Assembly (NCBI GenBank): GCA_013265495.1
Contig: MU058289.1
Coordinates: forward strand, 2,603,451-2,667,450
Source of the DNA: Vicugna vicugna
Lineage: Eukaryota
DNA: 64,000 nt
Direction of reading: 5' to 3'
Part shown: piece after piece, positions 53,380 to 64,000 of the stretch
How positions within the stretch are numbered: the stretch's first letter is position 1
Layout of the letters: each line of letters opens with the position of its first letter
Program-made: the position numbers and the translations under genes
The notes under the pieces: generated by a model
The model's input: the letters and a program-made list of their open reading frames with translations, nothing else
What the model was told of the DNA's origin: nothing
The model's database searches: none

Positions 53380-53765
53380 TGAAGCTTCCATCCGAAGACT
53401 TGAGTAAAGGTCTATCAATAGGTGACTGGATAAATTGTAATACATTCATATCAGAATATAACCTGGTTATAAGAGAGTACCACTGCTACTTGCAATAATC
53501 TGGATGAACTTCACAGAAACACTGAGTCAAAGAAGCCACAAGACTGTGTATCATGTGCTTCCAATTCCAGCAAAACTGATGCTGGCAGATGTCGGGACAG
53601 GGGTTTCTGGGAAGGGTTACAGGTGGGGAGGGTGTGTAAGGGAGACAACGGGGGTTCTGGAAACGTTCAACAGTTTGTTCTGGACACATGTTAAAAAAAC
53701 TCTGATAAGCTATATACTTCAGATCTGTGCCCTGTAACTGCATAAACATCATACCTCAAATAGAC
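53380..53765 (+). mobile_element. Old L1 3' UTR fragment
   Basis: tggatgaacttcacagaaacactgagtcaaagaagccac...cttccaattcc motif. Confidence 0.55.
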
Positions 53766-53945
53766 AAAAGGGACAAAAAGTTACAAAAAAGAAAAAGCAC
53801 TGAAAGCTGAACTGTCAAAAATAAGAAATGAGGCAGTATCGGTTTATGTTACCTTCTCTGTAGTTCATCTAAAGGTGAAAGCCTAAACGTTAGAAACTTT
53901 CCAAGCATTAATGATTTTCAATTGACCAACTTTTAAATAACCAAC

Positions 53946-54055
53946 CATGCTTTTCATTTTCTGAGTTTGTCTCGGAGTCAGCACCTCTCTCTGAGCCCAT
54001 GTCCTCCTGCCGCGTGCTCTGCAGACAAGCACTATCTTCTGTTGAAGAAGGCATC
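53946..54055 (-). CDS. TDRD12: TDRD12 linker exon
   Basis: cttcgttccag| acceptor; MPSSTEDSACLQSTRQEDMGSERGADSETNSENEKH; weak donor G|gttggt. Phases match both neighbouring exons. Confidence 0.75.
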
Positions 54056-56399
54056 CTGGAACGAAGAGGCGGAGGTAGCTCTGAGGCGGGGAGGCAGGCA
54101 AAGTCCGGCTCTCTACAGAGACTTCCCAGCAAGAAGAGGCTGGCGACACAGGGCCACGAAGTGCCTCCCACCACGAGTCAGACCTGCCAAGAGCTCGTGA
54201 CCCATCTGTGACGGCAGGCAGGCCAGCCAGCTCTGGGCCCCGCTGTGCCCCCGGCTTCCAGCGCAGAGCAGAGGATCCACCCACGTTATCCCATAAATGC
54301 CAAGAACTCATTTACCAAAACAACGTGACCTTCAAATCACTTAACTTTGAGGTTACCCACTTCAAAAAGGATCAAAGGGCAGAAAGTAAAGCCATCTCCC
54401 TTCCTGCCCTGGCTTCCTGGAGACACCCCTCATACCAGTGGGGGTCTACTTCTGAAACATGCTTTGCGTGAAAAGTAAGTGCCGCCATCTGTATCTTTCT
54501 ATCTAACACACACACACATGTTTAAACACATGGGAACCTACTCTGTTCACTTTCCCGCCCCTTGTTTTACTGTGCTTAATAACAAGAGAACCACCTCATT
54601 CTTGTAAAAGTTCTGGGCTGTGTTTTTCTTTTGGTTGGTTGAGCAGGTAACCACATTCATGCGGTCCAATATTTTAAAATTAAAAAAAAAGGTCTACATG
54701 CAAAAAATCTCCCTCTCACCCTGGTCCCCAATTTCCTTCCTCACGGGTGACAATGTAATTCATTTTTTGTGCATCTTTCCTTTTGTGAAACTCATTCGAG
54801 CCTAAAGGAGCCCACCCTTACAAACACATGTGCATGTGTACACACACACACCTGTGGGGCAGGGAGAGTGCATGTATGTCTCCAAGGGGACTTCTGACTG
54901 ACATGCATGCAGCCTGGGGCGTGGAGGGCAGTGTCCCAGGGAGAGTCCCTCATCACTGCTGTGCAGCCCCAGACCCTCCGTCACCCACCGTCTTCCCCCA
55001 CCGTGGCTCTGACCTCACTAGACCCTTATCTTCCTCCTCTCACACTTAAACCAAGTTTCAACTCTTCAGATACCAGTAAACCAGAGCCTTCTCCAATCAT
55101 TTTTCTGAGCTCTAGGCTTGTACTTTCAATAACCTACAAGTTATGTCCAGAACCCACTGAGTATCTCCCCCTCTCTTAGCTGGCTGCTGTCCGGGAAACA
55201 GCCTGGAACTATCAACCAGGCCAGTGTCCTCTCAGTCGTGAGGGCTCAGAATTATACAATCACACTCCCTTGTTCCTGTCAACCACTAGGGCCCTGTGGC
55301 TTCCAGATCTTTCAAGTCCCCAGGCTCTGCCTCCCTCCCAGTCTACTGTAAGAATGGCACCGTTCTCCTCAATTCCGATGCAGACACTAACACCGCCTCC
55401 TCATCCATCTCCTGAAACGGAGCCTTGTCTTCGAGGCTGGCTCCCTCTGCAGAATCTCACGGCCTCTGCACATCTCTACACTCCTGCACGACCGCAAAAT
55501 CACGTGTGCAAAGGACCGAGCAGAGTGCTTTGTACAGAGCTGAGGCTCAACAGTAGTTATGCTTGGTTTTGATTAAACCTACAGAAATGAAAAAAAACCT
55601 CAAAAATCTACTGAACTGTAATGGCATCTTCATTTTTGAAAGAATATTCTTATAAGTAAGTATGGAGTAATCTGTGTTTCCTGAAAGTGTGCAGAAACCA
55701 GAATGTGTCCTAACCCCATGGGTACTCAACTCGATTAAGATAGAAAACTCTAAAAACTTCAGACTATAAAGTATTTTAATCTTTGCCATGTTCTTTGAAA
55801 CTCCCTACTTTCAGGAGTAACTTGGGACCCTCTCGAGGTCTCCGACCATCAGTCACTGAGTCTGCTGCGCAGCCTGGCAGCACCTGGCAGCTCGTGGCTC
55901 CTGGCTGCGTGAAGCCGTTTCCACGTCTGCCGTCCGGGTTGTCCCCCCTCCCAGGCTGCTCCTTCCCAGGCTCCTCTCCGGCGTCCCCACCGCCCCCACC
56001 TCTCAACGCCGAGGCCCAGGGCACAGTCCTTTGGGGCCTCATCCAGCAGCCCAGCTTTCAGCACCAGGACCTGCTGACGGGCCCCCAGGGCCACCGGCTC
56101 ACTACGGTCAGCTGCTCCTCACACCCGGGTCCCAGCCACTGTCACCCTGTCCCGAACTCTCGGCACAGACCTTGCCCCCATCTCCAGTCCATTCTCAATA
56201 CAGGAGCCCAGGATGTTCTGATTAAGCCATTCTCTGCTCAGGACCCTCTCATGGCTCCACGTCCTCAGAGCAGGAGCCCACCCCTTGCAGTGGCCACAGG
56301 GTCCAACCAGACCTGACCCCGGGGCTGCTCCGACCTTCACACCCAGACTTCCCTCGTTTGCTGCTCGGGTCAGCGTGCCTTCCTCCCTGTTCCTGGAAC

Positions 56400-56678
56400 C
56401 AGGGAACAACCGAGCCTCCCCTGTGCCCACAGGAGTCTTCTCGACGCCTGCCTGGGTCAGGCCTCACCTCTGCATCCCTGCTCAGGGCTCACCGTCCCTG
56501 CCCAAAACCGCCCTCTCTTCCCCCGGCGTTAAGGGGCTCCATCTCACGTACCACCCTCTGACCCACTGTGTACTTCTGGGACCCGGTTATAGCCTCTCTG
56601 TGAGCTGGCCCTTCATCTTTCTTGTTCGCTGCTGCATCCCCAGAAGACACTCAGTAAATATTTGCTGAATAAATGAAT
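56400..56678 (+). mobile_element. L2 3'-end remnant
   Basis: Ends in cactcagtaaatatttgctgaataaatgaat, the typical L2 tail. 5' boundary uncertain. Confidence 0.6.
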
Positions 56679-57282
56679 TTTAAAACTTCAACTTTACCTA
56701 ATGGCACCTTCAATTAAAGGCAACTATCTGTTAATTAGGTCCACTGAAACAAAGTTAGATTGAAGAAATATTCCAGCATCTTGCTACCGAAACACACAGA
56801 GCAGAATGGAGGACTAGGGAGCTCCGAGTTCCCATTTCCCCGCAGATTCACTGGAAGAGCCTCCAGGAGCTGTCGCAACCAACCTCCTACTCCCCCAGCC
56901 CCACCCCCAAACCACAGAGGGACAGAGCAGACTGCACTTGTGAATTACTGTGTGGTCCTCTCTGCGCCGCCTGCGGATACCTGAGGGCCTGATGCAAGAT
57001 GCTTGTCTCTGTTTCATAAAACCCAGAACACAGGCCAGAAAGCTGTGGGCACTGCTCGGAAAAGGGACTCCCGACCCACAGAAGCCTGAGCAAGGGGGAC
57101 ACAAGGAGACACACAACAGGCCATCCAAGGCCTGGGGGAGAAGCTGGGGTGAGGCTCACTGGACACTAGGACATTCCAGAGCAGCACACTTGGGGGCATT
57201 TAGAAAGCTATGTGCAAGCCAGGGCAAGACACACGCTCAGAAAAGTCCTGAGAAGGCCTGAAGCTCTCACCTCGGTGACTTC

Positions 57283-58030
57283 TAGGTGAGGATGTGGAGA
57301 AAACGGGAACCCTGTGCACTGCTGGTGGGAATGAAACGGTGCAGCTGCTGTGGAAAAGTTAGGCAGTTCAAAAAAGTAACCACAGAAGCGCCTTATGATC
57401 CAGCAGTTCCAAAAAGACCTGGAAGCAGGAACGTGAACAGGTACCTGTGCACCCATGTTCACAGTAGCGCCATTCACAACAGCCTGATGTCCACTCACAG
57501 TGGTTTTCGTAGGCTCTCATATATTGCTTGTGGACGTGTAAATTGGCACAATCAATCTGGAAAACTGTCGGGCAGTTGCTCTAATTATGGCTCAGCAATT
57601 CCATTCCACCAGAAATACACTGGGAAGTGCACCAAAGCACATGCAGGAGAATGTTTAAAGTGCCACCTGCAGTAGCCCAGAACCTGACAGTTCTCCCATC
57701 TCCCATCGACAGCAGAGGGGTAGACACATCACAGCACATTCCCTCAGTGGAACAGGACGCAGCAATGAGAGTTTATGTTCTAAAGCTGTGAGCACAGTAC
57801 GGATGAATTTCAGAAATAATGCCGAGTGAAAGCAGCCAGACACGATCTGTGTGATTCCACCCAAACAAAGTGTGAAGCAGGGAAGAGCCTGCTGCTCTGT
57901 GTTGGGAAAGGGGCTCCCTCTGGGAGGGAACCGGAGGTGGCTCTGAGTCATGCCCTGATTCTGATCTGGAGCTGGTTTCTGTGCTCAGGATGTGTGCACT
58001 TTTCTGGATGTGTGCTGCCAATAAAAAGCT
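57283..58030 (+). mobile_element. Old L1 3' fragments in a TDRD12 intron
   Basis: ggtgaggatgtggagaaacgggaaccctgtgcactgctggtgggaatg and tatgatccagcagttcc motifs. Confidence 0.7.
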
Positions 58031-58251
58031 AATAAAATTCATTCTTTCAGAGATACAGATGAAGTAATACACTTGGAGTTCGTTTTGTACTACTCGATTA
58101 AAACCAAAAATGTGAGCTGAGGTTTGGATAACACAAGACTTGGTAATTAATGAAGTGGAGAGATGGGAACACGGAAAAAAATGTCTCTAACACCGATGCA
58201 TTCTATTTCCACAAAACCACTCTTCCGAAAGGAAGACAAAAATCCACTTAC

Positions 58252-58424
58252 AGGGTCTGGCTTGGGCCGTCTTCGAAAGCTGGCATGTTAGCTCCTTTGT
58301 ATAATTTTTTCAGTTGTTCTATGTGCTCTGAGTTATCAATGCCCATTCCCGTTGACAAAATTTCAGCCCGGATGTTGTAATCAACGACAGAAGTTTTCAA
58401 GTTTGGAAGTTTTGTAATGTGCAC
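58252..58424 (-). CDS. TDRD12: TDRD12 exon
   Basis: ttcaag| acceptor; [59 protein letters not shown]|gtaagt donor. Confidence 0.9.
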
Positions 58425-60332
58425 CTTGAATCAAAGAAAAAGTAAAACGTTTGCAACAATCACACTTTGAACTTCAAATGAATCACTCTCACATGGCGTC
58501 GCGGTCTCGCTGTGCGACGTGCGGTGCTCCGGGGCCCACACGCCACCACGTGCTAGGGCCTCACCCTGCAGCGTTCGCATCATTCCATAACTGAGGGAGC
58601 ACCAGAACCTTCCAGAACCCAGCCCCCCACTGCAGAGCTGTGATCAGGTCTGGAGATGGGGCCAAGACGGAGTCCTGGAACAAAGCTCCAGACGAGACCG
58701 ACGCGTGGTGCTGTGACCACACGCACAATTCTTACATGGCTCTGGTCTTCCCTCCGGTGCTCTCCCCTCTCCTAACAACGAGGCTCTGGGCCTTCAGGTG
58801 CCCCAAAAGGGGTCTCCGCCAAGGCCCGAAATCCTGCATCCTGGACAGTTTCCTCCACTTGTTTTTTTTCTGTAACCAAAACATTCTCATCCATTTCAAT
58901 TTACATACAATTAAGTAAAACATGAACACGTGCAACAGTCGAGTCCTGTGGGTGGGAGGTGTGGCCCCAGGCCTGGGCGTCCCTTCCAAGGCGGGGTGGG
59001 GGTCGGGGTGAGGGTGGGGAGGGGCCAGGCTGGGGCCGCTGGGGCGCCTTCCCGGTGAACGTGGGACGCGCTCCCGTCCAGGACGGCAGAAGAGCCTTTC
59101 TCCACTCGGCCTGGGGACCGAGCTGGGCTGGGGGCGAAGGTGGCAGGTGGGGGGTCTGGCTTCCCTCCAGTGCACCATGGACCCTGCTACACTTCGGAGC
59201 TGCGGGAGCGTTTTCTTTTTCTGCTCTGTCCTTTTAGCTCTAGTTTTAAAAATCCTTGCCTAAGAAAGTTTCCATTTCTCCCCTCTGATAAAGAACCACC
59301 ACAATACTAACAATGCAACATCAACTAAGGCCCCAAATCTCTCCATTTACCTACGTTGTCGGTCTCTACCTTCTCTTCTACAAACTGTTTTTTCTCCTTT
59401 TACTCTTAAATCTTACACCCAAACTCCTCTTTTCCAGTGTCAAGGCTTTTCTACTCATAAAAACAACTTTCAGCAAAACAGTTTTTATGAATTCCTCTCA
59501 ATCTTACCAATCATCGTAACAATTACGATTTAAGTCTAACAGAGCAAAACTCTGAATCCGAGTTCCTGGGGTGCAAGCAGAGCGGGGACAGTGCGGCACC
59601 AGAAGGCAGGCACCGAGCCACGTGTCCTGGCCTCACACGCAGCCCTGCCCACCCCGCGCCGGCTCCCGGGGGTAGGAGTGGGTTCGCGGATGGCACCCCA
59701 GCGGCCAGTATGGGTCCTAGCATGTGAGAAGCACTCAATAAACTATCTGGTGACTGGATTAGGAAGAAACCATGAACATAACAAAACCTATCTCAGAAAG
59801 CCCGAGGACTGGAGCCCTGCCCATTACCGGCCACGTGCCGGGACTAGAAGATTATTTACAGCCAGACCCATGCACGCCTTGCTGTGAAGGGCCGTCCCGA
59901 GCCAGGGCTTCCCACCTGTGTGGACAGAGGGCTGTGGAATCAGTTTAACAGTGCACAACCGTCACTTGAAAAAGTGGACGAGAACAGAACTGTAAATGTT
60001 GGAGACTGTCGCATGTCCTAAGGATACTTTCACGAAGCTTCTATCTCAGCTCTATGTGCGAGTGGGTGTGATTTATACACATGCCCGGGGGGTGCTGAGT
60101 TTCAATGTAAAAGATTCTCTTAAACAAAAAAACCCCACAACCAATTTCAGGACCCAAATAACATTTAAAAAAAAACCAACTAAAAACACAACTTTCCCTA
60201 ACACAGAGCCCTCATCAAATTAGCCTCCATTTATGTGAGGCAAACAGTTATTCAAGCAACAGGTTCGAGTAATGGGTACTTTTAGGGGCTGATTCAAACA
60301 CAGGTTTCTCTTAAAGAGATCTGCATACTTAC

Positions 60333-60425
60333 CATTGGATCAACCCAAACTGTATTTCCTAAAGCCAACATCACTTTTGCATCGTGCAGTTTTCCAGTAA
60401 TTTTATGATGAATGTACCTAGTAAC
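60333..60425 (-). CDS. TDRD12: TDRD12 exon
   Basis: ttttcag| acceptor; [31 protein letters not shown]; |gtaagt donor. Confidence 0.92.
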
Positions 60426-61780
60426 CTGAAAAACACAAGTCATTTCTCTGAAGCTTTAAGAAAATACCTTGTTCTGCTCTACAGTTGTGGAAGCAGCTTT
60501 TCTGTGCATTTCATCTGAGCCTCATAGCCACCCCATGAGGAGGTAAGGGAGGCCATCGTGCCCCCCACCAACAGGGGAACTAGGGACAGAGGTGAGTAAG
60601 GACATGCAATGGGGAGTCCCGAGCACAGGTCAGGCTGCGGACTCCGAACATCACCTGTTTCCCGCTGTGGATGTGCGTCCCTCACCTCCTCCGTCCACCT
60701 GTCTTTGAAGGATGAATATTTATTTCTTCAGAGGCTCAACGAGAGTGAAGTTGAGGGTGTTTCTGCTGCTCCGAGGAGGTCACACAACGGAGCTGCTCAG
60801 CAGGGACACTGGGGTTGCGGGGCCCTGGGATCCACCAACAGTGGAATTCTCTCACCTCCATCCTTTGAAGACAGGCTGACAGTGCACAGGGGAGGTGGGG
60901 ACACGCGTCCATAATGGGAAACACGCGGTGTCCAGAGTCCACACACAGCCCTGTGCTCAGGACTCCCCTTTGTATCTGTCCTTACTCATCTCCACCGTTT
61001 ACAACCCAAACTTTTTACTCTTGCTAACTGCAATGGCTGCTTCTCTCATGCCTGATTAATCAGATTATACAAAATTTAGCCTTCTGCTGAAGAATCGGGG
61101 CATCATTATAATCAGGACTCACTGGTCTGCGGACAAGCAGGGCTGTGTGTCTGGCCTCTCCACCTCCGCCCGGGGACAGCCACGTGAGCCCACATGGGAC
61201 CACTCTTCTGGGCTGTTTCTTCGCACACGTAGGTTTCTGTGCCTTCAGTGCCTTATCTGGTCTACTTGGTGACACCCTAGGTACCCATCCTGAAGGGCCC
61301 AGAGGAAATGTCCCTTCCTTTGGAAGCTTCTCTGGCCTCTCTTTCCTTGTCCATCCCCCCAACCCCAATGGAATCACCTGGTCTCTCCGGACAGTGTCCA
61401 TCACCTACGTTTCCCCTTTGACAGGGACGCTTGCTTTTGCAGGTGTGTACACTGTCTATTCTCCTTAAGTGAGAGCCTAGTTATTTTCAGCACAGTGCAT
61501 ATTTTATGGCGAGTCTAAGTCCGTGAACACGCTAATGATAATGATGGCAAACCGTGCCCGGCCCCTGGGGGCTCCGAGCCAGGCCTACGCACCGCGGCCC
61601 CAGTGCACCTCTGTGCCGCAGGGACGCGAGCAGACTGTGCCTTATCCTCCCGGGAACACGGAGCATTTTACCCGAACCCAATAATCCAAATTCAAATACA
61701 CCTCACTTCTGTGTATATTCCGGGTTAAACGCATCCTAAAAGGCATATATTTGCCAAATATAAAAGCCAAAGTAACTCAC

Positions 61781-61991
61781 CTTTGGATTCCATTCAATTT
61801 CATTGTCAGCGGGTTTCACTCTACAAACAATAAACTCCACGGCCTGGGGGGGCAGAGTGTGGAAGCGTTCCGGGAGCTGCAGCAGCTGGTCTCCTGTGAC
61901 CAGTCCAGTCCTGCCTTCATCTATAAACTTCACCAGAACGTTATCCGGGGCCCATGTGTCTTCTTTGTGGCTTACCTCCAGCACCTGAACC
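61781..61991 (-). CDS. TDRD12: TDRD12 exon (Tudor core)
   Basis: ctgcag| acceptor; [31 protein letters not shown]...[25 protein letters not shown]; |gtgagt donor. Confidence 0.94.
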
Positions 61992-62739
61992 CTGCAGGAC
62001 AACACCAGCCTCAGTCTAACACAGAGACCCAACAGGGAGGTAACCACTGCCTCGATTTACTCGTTAAAAGCAAAGCATGTGAAATTCAACTGTGAAGATT
62101 TACTCCAAACCAGAAATAAAACAACTACAGTTGTCAGAAGCATTTAGCCATGATTTATTTAATTCAAATGTACCTGAGTATAAAACGCAGTGCAGTACGT
62201 TGACTGGAGTAAACCCCTCTATCCGACAACGCGGTGGAAATGAACATGGTTCAGTTACTCAGCCTGGGCCGTTACCACGCGGGGACGGCTGCGGCATTGG
62301 AGGGACGTTGGTGCAAACTGGCACGTGAGGCAGGCTGGAGCACTGACCGTGCCACGTACTGAGCTGACCTTTGAAAACTCACATAACCCACCAGGGCTCC
62401 GTCTGCTTGTATGTAAAAGAGGAACTGTGCCCATTTTAAGGGAAGTTTTAAAAATTAAGTGAGTTAAAGTTGTACATGTGTGCTGCACACAATGACAGCT
62501 CAACAGCTGTCCACAGATGAATATCACACTGTCATCCCTGCTCTGTGCCCAGCAGCCCCGGGGGCAGATGAGCCCCAGGTGTACGGTTGTGCTGGGAGTG
62601 AGGAGACGCCTGCCACCGCCCCCTGGAGGCAGCCAGGCTCAGTACACGCACAGCGGTCAGAGGTGAAAACAGGGACTCAAGACCACTTAGTTACATTGTG
62701 CATCACAACTTTTAGGGATGAAATAAACAGACATTTTAC

Positions 62740-62927
62740 CTGTGAAAAACTGTTTTTTCTGCTAATCCATATAATCCACATTTCTCCACCTTTTCAACAG
62801 CTGTTTTATCAGTGGAATCCTCAAAATACTCCTTCATTTCAGCATTAAGAGTTGCATAAAGATCCACATGCTTACCAACTATACGACCAAAGTAATTCGT
62901 TGCATTCAAAATATAAAAGGGTATTAT
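62740..62927 (-). CDS. TDRD12: TDRD12 exon (extended Tudor region)
   Basis: tttcag| acceptor; [35 protein letters not shown]...[13 protein letters not shown]|gtaaaa donor. Confidence 0.92.
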
Positions 62928-64000
62928 CTGAAACATAAACATATCCAGAAAACAAACTCAATCTAAAGCAAAGAGGTATCTGACCTAAGAGCCCAAAGCA
63001 CCCCAACAGGGATTTAAAAATAAACTAGGAGACAAAACAAAGCAAAAACCTTAGCATACACACAAATAATTATAGTTTCATTTTAAATCTAATGGAAGAT
63101 GTTTGGGATAAATATTTTAAAACTTCATTATTAGTTGTAAGTGTTAACTTGTTTCTTACCTGTATTTTATTTTTAAAAAAAACCCTTTAATAAATAGCCT
63201 CCTTGCCTCCTGAGCTCCTTCTGATCTGTTCATGTAACACGGTGTATTTTATTAACAGCCTGCAGTGCAGGAGGCATGGGGACACAGGAAGCATGTGCTC
63301 CAGGGCCCTTCTGTAATCACAGGTGCACAGACGTGCCACAGCCAGCGTGTGGTTGAGAAAACAACTCTCCACAGGCTCATGTATGCAGGGTTCCTGGTGT
63401 GTGAGGGGTGTCGGCACAGGTGTGCAAGGGTATGGAGAAGGCATTCCAGAAGGGGTGGGGATGGAAGGGCAAAAATACAAATGTGCATTAGAGCAGCGAG
63501 CCCTGGTTGTGGAGCAGATGCCAGGAGTGAGAAGTGGTTACCTGGTGGGATGGCAGAGAAGGCAGTGCCAACTGGGAGGCAAAGCAGCCAAGGATAAGGT
63601 CACCCTTCGTGGCCAAAAGAGGCTTTGATCTGACAAGGCTGACAGCCATGGCTCTCCTCTGTGGCCCCCTCCAACTTCACTGAAGCTGGCTCCTGTCACA
63701 CTCCACAAACATTCCACACAACTCCTGCCTCAGGACCTTTGCACTTGCTGGTTCCTATGCGTGGAATATTCTTCCCCAGATAGTCTCATGGCTGGATCCT
63801 TCTAATCATTTGGTCTTCAGTGCAGCTGACCCATCCTCAGGCAGCCCTTCCCTGCCTGTAACCCCTGTCCTCACAGCACACACCCTAGCACTTCACTGAA
63901 TTTCCTCCTCTCCCTTTGTCACACTTGCACTCACTGCCAACCATCCCCACTGAAGTGGTACCATGGACAGCTACCAAGTCGGTCATGGTTCCCAAGCCAG

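Larger units (their letters stand above)
51740..62927 (-). other. TDRD12: TDRD12 (tudor domain containing 12, piRNA pathway), 3' part: ten coding exons; the 5' part lies beyond the window end
   Basis: Ten phase-compatible GT-AG exons encode a Tudor/SN-like segment (VKFIDEGR...[15 protein letters not shown]), a CS-like domain ([23 protein letters not shown]...) and an acidic tail. Synteny with SLC7A9 fits. Confidence 0.93.

Noticed and set aside
55783..56316. 177-aa Pro/Ser-rich ORF
   Set aside because: C-rich intronic sequence running into L2-like remnants; no coding evidence.

Overview
Mammalian genomic DNA, most likely camelid given the tRNA-derived SINE type, syntenic with human 19q13.11. 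It contains the last two coding exons of CEP89 (+), the complete SLC7A9/b(0,+)AT gene (+; 12 coding exons, 487 aa, all introns GT-AG and in phase), and the last ten coding exons of TDRD12 (-; end of the Tudor region plus a C-terminal CS/p23-like domain). SLC7A9 and TDRD12 are convergent. The CEP89-SLC7A9 interval holds a 3'-truncated ERV (MER34-like LTR, perfect tRNA-Ser PBS, decayed and partly duplicated ERV-L-like gag/pro remnants) with two nested L1 insertions, plus a decayed processed pseudogene of MIA2/cTAGE5. Main observations: Leu at SLC7A9 residue 261 (human Pro; I recall P261L as a cystinuria allele), a possible TDRD12 donor read-through that would drop the CS domain, a 100-bp twin-primed L1, and an in-place micro-inversion in an old L1. 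I found no convincing new multi-gene system. Gene and repeat names come from my recall of homologous sequences, not from database searches.
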